Source: Gemmata obscuriglobus (GTDB lineage: Bacteria; Planctomycetota; Planctomycetia; Gemmatales; Gemmataceae). From it: a stretch of DNA of 32,000 bases. Shown piece after piece: positions 16,806 through 25,497 of this stretch. Positions within the stretch are counted from its first letter, which is position 1. Every line of letters begins with the position of its first letter. Below the pieces are notes generated by a model, which ran no database searches, was not told the DNA's origin, and saw only the letters and a program-made list of their open reading frames with translations. Location: contig NZ_CP042911.1 in NCBI RefSeq assembly GCF_008065095.1, positions 630,001-662,000 of the forward strand. The letters run 5' to 3'. A program made the translations under genes and the position numbers.

Positions 16806-17136
16806 CGGGGGCTCCAAATCGAATCGGGGTCGAGAGCGGCCTCGCGGCCCTTGTTCACACGAGAGAGGTCTGTTCCCAGCACCACGCTGTAACGGGGCTT
16901 GCCCGCGCCATTCGCCCGCGCGACGAACGCGAGCCAACATCGGGGCCTCCGATCGAGGTGAGGTGTACCGCTTATAGCTAGCGACCGGGAGCCACCTTTC
17001 ACGAGCTGGAAACCGTGTCGGGTGTGAAGATCCTGTGCGTGGCGAAATCGGTCGGTGGAGGGGGAGGACGACTCGCGGTCGGTTACAAGCGAGCAAATGG
17101 CTGTGCCGGACGCGCTCACCGCACGCGCCGCGGGGC

Positions 17137-18246
17137 CTACGCTTGCAAGATGGGCAGGTAGTGGTCGGACAACTGGAGCACGATCAGGCTCATCGCCGTC
17201 GCGTACACCGGTCCGAAGATTCGGTCGTCCCACGCACCGTCCCGGGCCCGCGCGAGGAGCTCGTCGCGCGCGGCCGGGGCCCACGCCGCCCAGTAGGTTC
17301 CGCCGGCGGTCCACATCGCCAGGGCCGCGTAGTAGTGGGCGTAGTAGTAGTACGCCGGGGGGAGTTCGCGGGACGTGAGCGACCGCCCGGGGCGGAACTG
17401 CTGCACGTACCGCAGCCCTCGCTCGACCTCCGGCCCGCTGTACGCCCCGGTGCTGAACAGCCCGACCAGCGCGGCGGCGCTGCGAGCGAACATGGACGTC
17501 TCGCCCGCGCCGGGGGTGTACGAGAACCCGCCGTCCGGCCGCTGGCACGCCCGAAGGAAACGCCCGGCCGCGTCGATCACCTCCTTGCGAACCAGCACCC
17601 CGGCGTTCCGCGCCGCCCGCAGCGCCAGGAGGTGCGCCACGGTGGCCGACGCGTCCGAGTACGGCGGGTGCGGGGTGTACCGCCACCCGCCGTCCGGGCA
17701 CTGCGCCCGGACGGTGTACCCGACGGCCCGTTCGAGCGCCGCCCGCACCCGCCGCTGCCGTTCCGGGTCCGGCAGCGTGCCGGACAGTTCGCCCAGGAAC
17801 AGACACCCGAAGCCGTGCGAGTACATGGCCCGCTGGTTCCACTCCTCGGTGACGGCCCGCGGGCCGCCGGGCGGCGTGAGGAACCCGCTGACCGGTCCGT
17901 CGGCGGCCGCGAGCAGGTAGTCAGCGGTGCGGGAAACGGTGCGGGCGTACCGGCCGCGGCCCGGGTGGTGCCCGCCGGCCAACAGGGCCAACCCCGCCAG
18001 GGCCGCGACTCCAACGGCCGTCGGGCCGGGCGGGCGCTCGGTGGCGAACCCGCCGTCCTCGCGCTGGGACCGGGCCAGAAAGGCCAGCCCGCTGTCGATC
18101 GCGGTTTGGGTCGCTGGTGTGACGAAGTCCACCGGTCCCTCGGGCGCGGGCGCCGGAGGCGGCCCGGCGTGCCCGGCCCGGAGGAGCGAGCCGGCGCCGC
18201 CGATGGCAGCGAGACGCAGGACGGAGCGGCGGGTGTATCGGGTCAT
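17137..18246 (-). CDS. Tat-exported prenyltransferase/squalene-oxidase repeat (alpha/alpha toroid) protein
   Basis: Twin-arginine leader TRRSVLRLAAIGG. Repeated Q/R-x-x-DGG(F/W) motifs (SQREDGGF, CPDGGWRY, QRPDGGFSY). Confidence 0.75.
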   Translation of the reverse strand: MTRYTRRSVLRLAAIGGAGSLLRAGHAGPPPAPAPEGPVDFVTPATQTAIDSGLAFLARSQREDGGFATERPPGPTAVGVAALAGLALLAGGHHPGRGRYARTVSRTADYLLAAADGPVSGFLTPPGGPRAVTEEWNQRAMYSHGFGCLFLGELSGTLPDPERQRRVRAALERAVGYTVRAQCPDGGWRYTPHPPYSDASATVAHLLALRAARNAGVLVRKEVIDAAGRFLRACQRPDGGFSYTPGAGETSMFARSAAALVGLFSTGAYSGPEVERGLRYVQQFRPGRSLTSRELPPAYYYYAHYYAALAMWTAGGTYWAAWAPAARDELLARARDGAWDDRIFGPVYATAMSLIVLQLSDHYLPILQA

Positions 18247-18890
18247 GAGGAGGTCCGATCATCCGCGCGGGCAACCGCGCCGTCATGCGAGCCCGCAAGT
18301 GCGGCCGGGTACACGCCGGCCCTGGGGTGGCCGACCGCCCAGCCGGCGCACACGCCAGCGAGGGCGCCAGCCGCCGCCCCGAACCACAAGGTCGCTTTGA
18401 GCGCCAACTCCAGCCCGGCTCCTCCCCGCCACAGGAGCCAGCCGAGCGCGGCACCGCCGGTCGCGGCGGACGCCCCGCCCACCGCCGCAGCGAGGAACGA
18501 ACTGGTGAGCACCGGCCGGCGGCGCCGGGACGCCCCGACGACAACCGGGCCGACGGCGCTGCCGACCCAGGCGCCGCTCACGGACCCGAAATACGCGGCC
18601 GCCGCGACCGGCGCCCACGGCTCGGACTTGAACCGAGACAGGCCCGTGTCCAACCCGCCGTAGCCGGCCGCCAGTGCCGCCAACCACAGCAGGGTGCCGA
18701 TCGAGCACCACACCCAACCGAGGCCGACCCCAACAAAGCCCCGGCCGAGTCGTGTCGCTATCGTTACCCGGCGCGGAGCACGCTCGGCCGGTTCTGCAGT
18801 TCGCACGCGGGAGCCCTCAACAAATCGAACGGCCCGGCGGTCGTCGGGACGAAGGGGGCGACACCCGCACCGGCGAGACCCCTCTTGCAA
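18243..18890 (-). CDS. Gly/Ala-rich multi-pass membrane protein (start uncertain)
   Basis: Four predicted hydrophobic Gly-zipper-like segments. Its stop overlaps the downstream ATG (ATGA at 18243-18246). It has only a TTG start, and the Arg-rich N-terminus may not be translated. Confidence 0.5.
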   Translation of the reverse strand: MQEGSRRCGCRPLRPDDRRAVRFVEGSRVRTAEPAERAPRRVTIATRLGRGFVGVGLGWVWCSIGTLLWLAALAAGYGGLDTGLSRFKSEPWAPVAAAAYFGSVSGAWVGSAVGPVVVGASRRRRPVLTSSFLAAAVGGASAATGGAALGWLLWRGGAGLELALKATLWFGAAAGALAGVCAGWAVGHPRAGVYPAALAGSHDGAVARADDRTSS

Positions 18891-18922
18891 CGTGCCGCGT
18901 CTGGCTGGTCGAGATACAAGTC

Positions 18923-19074
18923 ATACCAAATCCGATTGAAGAGTATCGGTGATTGGGAGCGCCACCCGCCGGCTGACACCGGCGGTTCGACCGCGGCTCG
19001 TCGAACCGCCGGTGTCAGCCGGCGGGTGCAACCGACGCACTGCCGAGTAGTTACTCTTCAAGCGGATTTGGTAT
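18923..19074. repeat. 152-bp nested inverted-repeat element (MITE/REP-like or structured RNA)
   Basis: Outer 23-bp arms (18923-18945 / 19052-19074, one mismatch) enclose a perfect 29-bp stem (18963-18991 / 19000-19028) with an 8-nt loop. It contains no ORF. Confidence 0.8.
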
Positions 19075-19358
19075 CACCGGAAATGGTATCCGTTCCGCGC
19101 GCCGCGATGCGGAAAAATCTCTTCCGGTACGCGGGCCGCAAACCGAGCCACAACGGGGCTTCCGTACTCGGGATTTTTCCCCGGATCAGCAGCCGCTATA
19201 GACTGTACCACCGGCACTTTAAGCGCATTCATCACTCGGCGCCCGTACAGCTTACCGTTTCGCGATTGTCGGTTTTACAACTGCCCTGGATTCGTTAAAC
19301 CCCCGCGGTTATACGCGCTTGATAGACGCGAAATAATCGCACCGGGGGAGTTGCGCCC

Positions 19359-20363
19359 GTGGCTGACGACGGTCCCGAACTGGTTGTCGAAACACAGCAC
19401 CTGACCAAGATCTACCAGAACCGGCAGATCGCGCTCAACGACGTCTCGCTCACCATCGAGCCGGGGTGCGTCCTCGGCTTGCTCGGGCCGAACGGCGCCG
19501 GAAAGACCACCTTCCTGCGGCTCATCCTCGGGCTGCACCGCCCGACCGCGGGCTGGGCGAAGGTGTTCAAGCAGACGATGTCGCCCAACGCCGCCGACCT
19601 CCGCCGCCGCATCGGCTACATCCCCACCAACCCGCAGTTCCCGAAGGGCATGACGCCCATCGTGTACCTCGACTACATCGCGCGCCTCTTCGGGCTCCCC
19701 GCCGACGTGCGCAAGCCCAAGCTCGCGACCCTGATCCGCGCCGTCGACCTGCTCCCGCACTCGGGCGAGTCCATCGCCCACTTCACCCCGGGTATGACCG
19801 CGCGCCTCGCGGTCGCCGCGAGCCTCATCAACGAGCCGGACCTGCTCATCTGGGACGAACCCACCCACGGGCTCGACATCGAGGCCCGCCGGTCGATGCT
19901 GGAGCTCATCAAGTCGCTCGCCGCCGAGAAGACGCTCATCATCAGCAGCCACAACCTCAGCGACGTGGACGAGGTGTGCAACCACGCCTGCGTGCTGAAC
20001 AAGGGGCAACTGATCTTCCACGGCAGCCTGCAAGACCTCAAGGGCCGCATCCGCAAGAACCACTACGAACTCGACCTCGACGGCGAGCAGAAGTCCATCA
20101 CCAAGTGCGTGCAGGTGGTCCGCGGGATGAAGGACGTCACCCACGCGGCGCTGCGGTTCCGGCGGCTGGAGATCAAGCTCGGCGACGAGACGCCCAACGC
20201 GGCGGTGCTGGCCCAGGTGTTCCAGGCGCTCGCGGAGCACAAGATCACCCTGATCACGGTGCGCAGCGTCGGGATGCAGACCGAGCAGGCGTACCTCGAT
20301 CTGGTGGAGAAGGAAGAGAGCCGCGGGTTCGCCCGGCTCTACAAGGACGTCGAAGCGGCGTAG
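19359..20363 (+). CDS. ABC transporter ATP-binding protein (ABC-2 exporter type)
   Basis: GTG after GGGGGAG. Walker A GPNGAGKTT, ABC-2-style signature TPGMTARL, Walker B LLIWDEPTHGLD, H-loop SSHNL. Confidence 0.9.
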   Translation: MADDGPELVVETQHLTKIYQNRQIALNDVSLTIEPGCVLGLLGPNGAGKTTFLRLILGLHRPTAGWAKVFKQTMSPNAADLRRRIGYIPTNPQFPKGMTPIVYLDYIARLFGLPADVRKPKLATLIRAVDLLPHSGESIAHFTPGMTARLAVAASLINEPDLLIWDEPTHGLDIEARRSMLELIKSLAAEKTLIISSHNLSDVDEVCNHACVLNKGQLIFHGSLQDLKGRIRKNHYELDLDGEQKSITKCVQVVRGMKDVTHAALRFRRLEIKLGDETPNAAVLAQVFQALAEHKITLITVRSVGMQTEQAYLDLVEKEESRGFARLYKDVEAA

Positions 20364-20449
20364 GAGCAGCCGTCCCAGTTGTCACCGGCCGGAAGCCGAC
20401 ACGTGAACCTCGCACCCCACTGACTGCGACGAAGGTGAACCGGTGACGC

Positions 20450-21262
20450 ATGGCAAAGGATAAAGGGCGAAAGAAGATGGACGCGTCGCCGCCGGTGGTC
20501 ACGGTGCGGTTCAACAAGTTCCTGCCGTACTGGGCCGTGCTTCAGACGGACCTGAGGCAGACCGCGCGCAGTTGGGTGTACCGGCTGTGGGTGCTGATGA
20601 CCGTGTTCGCCGCCGCCGGGCTGCTGCTGTACCGCGTCGGGCTGCACAAAGAGGCCGGCATGTTCCAGAGCGCCGCGGCGCAGACCGGCGACCTGTTCCG
20701 GCTGATGATCCTCGGCAGCCTCGCGCTGGTGGTGGTGCTGGCGGTGTCCAGCATCAGCTCCGAGCGCGGCACCGTGGCCGACTCGGTGCTGAGCCGCGGC
20801 ATCAGCCGGTACCAGTACTTCCTGGCGAAGTGGCACGCCCGGCTCGTCGTGGTGACCCTCACGTTCGCGGCGCTCGCGGCCGGGGTGGTGGCCGCGTCGT
20901 ACTTCCTCTTCAAGGACGACGCCCAGTCGGACCTGTCACCGGGCGGGGCCGCGGCCGCGGTGCTGGTCGTGTGCGCGCTGTTCGCGGTCATCGTGTCGTG
21001 GGGGGTGGCCATCGGCGCGCTCGCCAACAGCACCATGCTGGGCATCACGGTGTTCTGGCTGGTGCTGTACGGCGTCGGGTTCCTGCTCACGCTGATGCCG
21101 GAGCCGTGGCCGTCCCCGGATCGCCAACTGGCGCGGCTGAAGTTCATGCTCCAGGGGCAGTACAACCCGGCGACGCTGACGCAGTTCCTGACCGGCGCGT
21201 TCGTGCTGAGCGTGGCCGCCGCCGCCGCGGGCTTGCTCGGGTTCAGCAAGCGGGACGTGTAG
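20450..21262 (+). CDS. ABC-2-type transporter permease-like membrane protein
   Basis: Six hydrophobic segments. Located immediately downstream of the ABC-2 ATPase on the same strand. Confidence 0.7.
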   Translation: MAKDKGRKKMDASPPVVTVRFNKFLPYWAVLQTDLRQTARSWVYRLWVLMTVFAAAGLLLYRVGLHKEAGMFQSAAAQTGDLFRLMILGSLALVVVLAVSSISSERGTVADSVLSRGISRYQYFLAKWHARLVVVTLTFAALAAGVVAASYFLFKDDAQSDLSPGGAAAAVLVVCALFAVIVSWGVAIGALANSTMLGITVFWLVLYGVGFLLTLMPEPWPSPDRQLARLKFMLQGQYNPATLTQFLTGAFVLSVAAAAAGLLGFSKRDV

Positions 21263-21273
21263 GAGGGCGCTCA

Positions 21274-21593
21274 ATGACGAACGAGGCCGAACTGAACGAG
21301 CTGCGCGAGCGCATCGGGCGATTGCGCATCAGCGAACAACTGCACCTGTTCGAGTTGCTATTGGTGAGACTATCGCCGCAAGTGCGACGAGGCGCGGGTT
21401 ACCGTTCGTGCAGAACTGGACGCCCTGCGGGCGCAGGAATCAAGCCGCGAGGGGCCGAAACGTGCGGCGAGGGGAAATAGACTTCGTTGACCTCGGGCCA
21501 AATGGCGGCACGAGGTTAGTCGCCGGGATCACGTTTTGCCCTGAAAGTGTATCTCGACATCTTGTGGCGTTCACTTCCGCGCGTCGAGCGTAA
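21274..21593 (+). pseudogene. Possible decayed toxin-antitoxin pair (small helical ORF plus truncated PemK/MazF-like frame)
   Basis: The ORF from ATG 21274 (AGGAGGG upstream) starts MTNEAELNELRERIGRLRISEQLHLFELLL. A second frame from GTG 21462 reads RRGEIDFVDLGP..LVAFTSA and then stops after about 45 codons. This resembles the MazF N-terminus [19 protein letters not shown]. Confidence 0.35.
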
Positions 21594-22116
21594 AGAACAT
21601 CTTCTGCCGTGCCGGCTTGCCCTTGTACATCACGCCCAAGTAGAGGCCCGGCTCGACCTCGCGGAGTTCGTCCCGCACGTCCGGCCACAGCTTCGAGCCC
21701 GAGTAGTCGAGAATCAGCGACGGCTGACCGTCGATCAGGCTTTCGCCCTGGTAAACGTCCGCCGGGATCGCCCGCCCGATGCCGAACACGCGGTTAATCA
21801 TCGTGGCGTCGTCGCGGAAGATTTTGCCCTGCCACACGAGCCGCGTCGCGCGGGCGTTCGTTGCGGTGAGCCGCCCCCCTGGGTTTTTGATCGCTCGTCC
21901 CGGAACGAACCCGCTCGGCATCGACGCCGGCGGCGCGCCCAGGTACAGGGCCTCCAGGTCGGTCTTCGACATCCGCACAAGGTCGTGCATTTCGAGCCGG
22001 GGGGCACTCGGCGCGCCGTCACCGGCAGTCGCCACCGGCACCGATGCCAGCAAACCCGCAAGAATCGCCAAAGTCGCGAAGCCCGGCACGGCCGCCCGGC
22101 GCAGTAGGTGCGTCAT
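21571..22116 (-). CDS. Hypothetical secreted protein
   Basis: ATG at 22116 preceded by GGGAG. Signal peptide MTHLLRRAAVPGFATLAILAGLLASVPVATA. No family motif recognised. Confidence 0.65.
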   Translation of the reverse strand: MTHLLRRAAVPGFATLAILAGLLASVPVATAGDGAPSAPRLEMHDLVRMSKTDLEALYLGAPPASMPSGFVPGRAIKNPGGRLTATNARATRLVWQGKIFRDDATMINRVFGIGRAIPADVYQGESLIDGQPSLILDYSGSKLWPDVRDELREVEPGLYLGVMYKGKPARQKMFFTLDARK

Positions 22117-22382
22117 CGTATAGCTCCCGTCTTCCCAAACTGGATGCGATAACGGGATCGGCACCCCTTGCGTGGGTTGTCCAGTTTGCCGGCGCGATCG
22201 GAACGCGGGCGGAAGAGCTGGGGCCGCGGAGCCCGCGCGATCGCGCGAACCGGAATCGAGCGATGCTCAAAGGCACGGAGCAAACAACGGGGCAGAGGTG
22301 TTGTTAAGAGCGCGTGGCGAAATGGACGGATGCGGCTTCGTCGGCCCTCGCGGGCCTCGGAGGTCACGAAGAGCGCTTTTGG

Positions 22383-22439
22383 CAGGATTACAGGATAGAC
22401 GAGATGAAGGCCGGTTGGATCGACATCCTGTATATCCTG
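22383..22439. promoter_or_regulatory. Array of four CAGGAT/ATCCTG hexamers (two direct, two inverted)
   Basis: CAGGAT at 22383 and 22391, ATCCTG at 22425 and 22434. In the spacer between the amidase stop and the start of 21571-22116. Confidence 0.45.
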
Positions 22440-22572
22440 TTGATCATGTCGAAATCGTCTTGGCCTCTCCGCCGAACTTTGGTGATGCCAGCCCTTGCCT
22501 CGGGCTGGCCGTGGCACCTGGAGTGGGGGTGTGCATCCAGTCGCGCGTTCAAATGCTTGGAATGAGGCTGTG

Positions 22573-22608
22573 GTGCGAGCGAGGAACCGTATTGTCCCTC
22601 GCTCACAC
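22573..22608 (-). terminator. Hairpin 18 nt downstream of the amidase stop
   Basis: GTGCGAGCGAGG / CCTCGCTCACAC: 12 positions with one mismatch and a 12-nt loop. No clear U-tract. Confidence 0.35.
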
Positions 22609-22625
22609 CGCAATTCTGGCCTCAG

Positions 22626-24308
22626 CTACTCCTTCTTGTCGTCCTTCTTCTCCGGCACCCATGCCTCTTGCGGCGGGCGCTTGCGGTGGTGCCCGGTGGC
22701 GTCCTGGTACGCTTTCGCCAATGTCAGCAGCGCGCCCTCGCCGAACAGCTTTCCGGTGAACGTGAGCGCCGTCGGCGCGCCCGTCTTCGTGAACCCGTTC
22801 GGCAAGCAGACGGTCGGGTGGCCGGTCAGGTTCGTGAGCGCGAGGTCGTTACCGTTGACGTACAGGTCCACCTTCCCGAACACCTGGGTCATCTCGCGCA
22901 TCAAAAGGGTGCGGGCGCGCTGGGCGCGCAAGTAGTCCACCGCCGACACGAAGCGGCCGCGGCGGAAGGTGTTGGGCCACAGCCCGATGTTCTCCTTCAC
23001 CCCCTCCCGGGTGAGGTCGTCGAACGCCGCCGCCGACTCCACGTCCAGAATCATGCTCATGAGCGCGCCGGCCGGTCCGGCCGGGAGCGTGATCGGCACG
23101 AGCTTCACACCAAGGTCGGCGAGCACCTTCCGGTCGTCGTCCGCCAGACCGCCGAACCGCCCCTCGACGAACCCGACTCGCAACTCCTTCAGGTCCGCCT
23201 TCACGGGCCAGTCGAACGGCCGGTCCTGGGCGGTCGCGTCCTTGCCGTCGAACCCGTGAATCGCGCCCAATACCAGGGCGCAGTCTTCAGCGCTGCGGCA
23301 CATCGGGCCGACCTTATCGAGCGACCAGCACAGCGCCATGCACCCGTGCCGGCTGACGCGCCCGAACGTGGGCCGCAGCCCCGTCACTCCGCACCGCGTG
23401 GACGGTGACACGATGCTGCCGTGGGTCTCGCTCCCGAGGCCGAACCCGACCAGCCCGGCCGCGACCGCCGACGCCGTGCCCGCCGACGACCCGCTGCTCC
23501 CCTGCTTGATGTTCCACGGGTTCCGCGTGGTGCCGCCGAACCACACGTCGCCCCACGCCAGCGCGCCGAGGGTGGTTTTGCACGCGAGCACCGCGCCGGC
23601 GGAGTCCAGCCGGGCCGCGACGGTCGCCTTTTCCTCGAACGTCTGGTCCTTGAAGTGCCCCGCGCCCCATGTGGTCGGGTGTCCCGGGTACGCGATCAGG
23701 TCTTTCGCGGCCCACGGGATGCCGTGCAGCGGTCCGCGGTACTTCCCGGCGGCGATCTCCTTGTCGGCCTCGGCCGCCTGCCGGAGCGCCACCTCCTCGG
23801 TCAGCGAAACCACGCACAGCAGGGCCGGGTCGTACTTCTTGAGCCGGGCGAGGTAGAGCTTGGTCAGTTCGGTCGACGAGACGAACTTGTGTCGCACCTG
23901 TAAGGCGAGGTCGGCGAGCGGGGCGAACGCGAGGTCGTCGCCGTAGAGCTTATTCACGCCCTCCGGTTTGCGGCTCAGTTCCACCGCCCCGCGGCCGCCC
24001 TTCGAAGGCGGCTCTCCCGGCGCGGCGGCGAAGTGGACCGCCGGCCCGACGGCGTTGCTGATCGGAAGCTTGTTCAGCGCGGCGACGCTTCGGAGCGTGT
24101 TCGTGAGCGCCGCCGCGACGGCCTTCCGCTCCGGCTCGGTGAGCGTGATGCCGGCGACCCACTCGGCGGACTGCACCATTTCCGGCGTCACCGCCTCGAC
24201 CTTCGACTGCGCCGCCGCGGCGACCGCCGCGCGCTGGAAGGTGGTTCCCCCGACCCCGACGGCCGCCACCGCGGCGAACAGCTCCCGGCGCGAAACTTCA
24301 GCAGGCAT
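22626..24308 (-). CDS. Tat-exported amidase (amidase-signature family)
   Basis: Twin-arginine leader SRRELFAAVAAVG. AS-family Gly/Ser-rich block GSSGSSAGTASAVAAG and GSETHGSIVSPS. Confidence 0.9.
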   Translation of the reverse strand: MPAEVSRRELFAAVAAVGVGGTTFQRAAVAAAAQSKVEAVTPEMVQSAEWVAGITLTEPERKAVAAALTNTLRSVAALNKLPISNAVGPAVHFAAAPGEPPSKGGRGAVELSRKPEGVNKLYGDDLAFAPLADLALQVRHKFVSSTELTKLYLARLKKYDPALLCVVSLTEEVALRQAAEADKEIAAGKYRGPLHGIPWAAKDLIAYPGHPTTWGAGHFKDQTFEEKATVAARLDSAGAVLACKTTLGALAWGDVWFGGTTRNPWNIKQGSSGSSAGTASAVAAGLVGFGLGSETHGSIVSPSTRCGVTGLRPTFGRVSRHGCMALCWSLDKVGPMCRSAEDCALVLGAIHGFDGKDATAQDRPFDWPVKADLKELRVGFVEGRFGGLADDDRKVLADLGVKLVPITLPAGPAGALMSMILDVESAAAFDDLTREGVKENIGLWPNTFRRGRFVSAVDYLRAQRARTLLMREMTQVFGKVDLYVNGNDLALTNLTGHPTVCLPNGFTKTGAPTALTFTGKLFGEGALLTLAKAYQDATGHHRKRPPQEAWVPEKKDDKKE

Positions 24309-24522
24309 GTCATCGTCCCGTGGACCGGTTTCGGAGAAGTGAGTTCGGCACGCGGAGCAATTCTACCGGGTCGGACGGTTCGGTTCAGGCCCGGCGAAAA
24401 TCCGCCGCCGAATCGACGATCATTAACCGGGAGTGCGCCCCTCTCCGTTCGCGAGCCCGATTCCCGTGCGAACCATTAGCGAATTGACCGAACGATCACG
24501 GGCCGGGGGCCGGTTGGCCGTA

Positions 24523-25494
24523 ATGACGAACTCATCCGAAGAGAGCTGGACCACCGCGACCAACCCGCGGCACCTGCTGCGCCTCTCGCGGGTCCAGCCG
24601 AACGGGGGGCGCAAGTACCTGCTCCTGACGTGCGCGGCGGTGCGGCACATGGTGCCGGGGCCGCGCACCGACCTCGGCGAGCGCGTCCTCGCGGCGCTCG
24701 AGCAGTTCGCCTTCCGGCCGCCGGCGAACAGCGAGGAGACGCACCTGTGGCGCGAGGTGGTCCGGGCGCACGCCCCCGAGATCCCCGATCCGCTCCCGTT
24801 CGACTGGAGCTTCGGCGTGGACAGCGCGTGGGCGCGGCTGTTCGCGCACCGGCTCAGCGCGATGGCGCAGGTCCACACGGAAGAGGTGAAGCGGGTCTTC
24901 GACATCGGGGCCGCGTCGGTGCGGTCCGGCGCGCGCCAGGAGGCGTACCAGGAGGCGCAGGTGCTGGCCGCGCGGATCACCCTGGGCTCGCCCGCGGCGC
25001 CCGTGGGGTGGTTCGCGCAAATGCTGCGCCAGGTGAACCTGCCGGACGCCAAGAGCCGGCTCGACGGGGTGCGGTTCCGTGAAGAGATTATCGCCCGGCT
25101 GCCCGAGGGAAAGCGGGAGCGCGTCGGGACCGAGTGGCCGAGCGGGGCGGGCGGCTTCTCGCCCTGGCAGCGGGGGCTCACGTACCTGACGGCCGACCGC
25201 GAGGCGCTGCGGTCCGCGGAGGCCGACCGCAGCGCGTGCGAGCTGATCCGCGAGGTGTTCGGCAACCCGTTCAGCCCGCCCAGGATCGACCCGGCGTGGC
25301 TCGACTGGAACCACGGGGCGGTGCCGTCGATCGCCAACCAGATCGCCACGACCGGGGACTTTTCGGCCCTGCCGATCCTGGCCGACGCGCTCGAGGAGGC
25401 GGGGTGCCAGGACGAGCACCTGCTCGCGCACTGCCGCGGGCCGCACCTCCACATTCCGGGGTGCTGGGCGCTCGACGCCGTGACCGGGTGGTGA
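24523..25494 (+). CDS. Hypothetical protein of a family I recall as expanded in Gemmata-like and myxobacterial genomes
   Basis: The C-terminal block REVFGNPFSPPRIDPAWLDWNHGAVPSIA..LPILADALEEAGCQDEHLLAHCRGPHLHIPGCWALD matches a recurrent uncharacterised domain from memory. Start is either ATG 24523 or the upstream GTG 24433. Confidence 0.65.
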   Translation: MTNSSEESWTTATNPRHLLRLSRVQPNGGRKYLLLTCAAVRHMVPGPRTDLGERVLAALEQFAFRPPANSEETHLWREVVRAHAPEIPDPLPFDWSFGVDSAWARLFAHRLSAMAQVHTEEVKRVFDIGAASVRSGARQEAYQEAQVLAARITLGSPAAPVGWFAQMLRQVNLPDAKSRLDGVRFREEIIARLPEGKRERVGTEWPSGAGGFSPWQRGLTYLTADREALRSAEADRSACELIREVFGNPFSPPRIDPAWLDWNHGAVPSIANQIATTGDFSALPILADALEEAGCQDEHLLAHCRGPHLHIPGCWALDAVTGW

Positions 25495-25497
25495 GGC

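Noticed and set aside
22234-22247. Perfect 14-bp palindrome CGCGCGATCGCGCG. The 12-bp palindrome GCGCCGCGGCGC near 30806 is similar.
   Set aside because: Palindromes of 12-14 bp made of CG repeats are expected by chance a few times in 32 kb of GC-rich DNA, and there is no supporting context.
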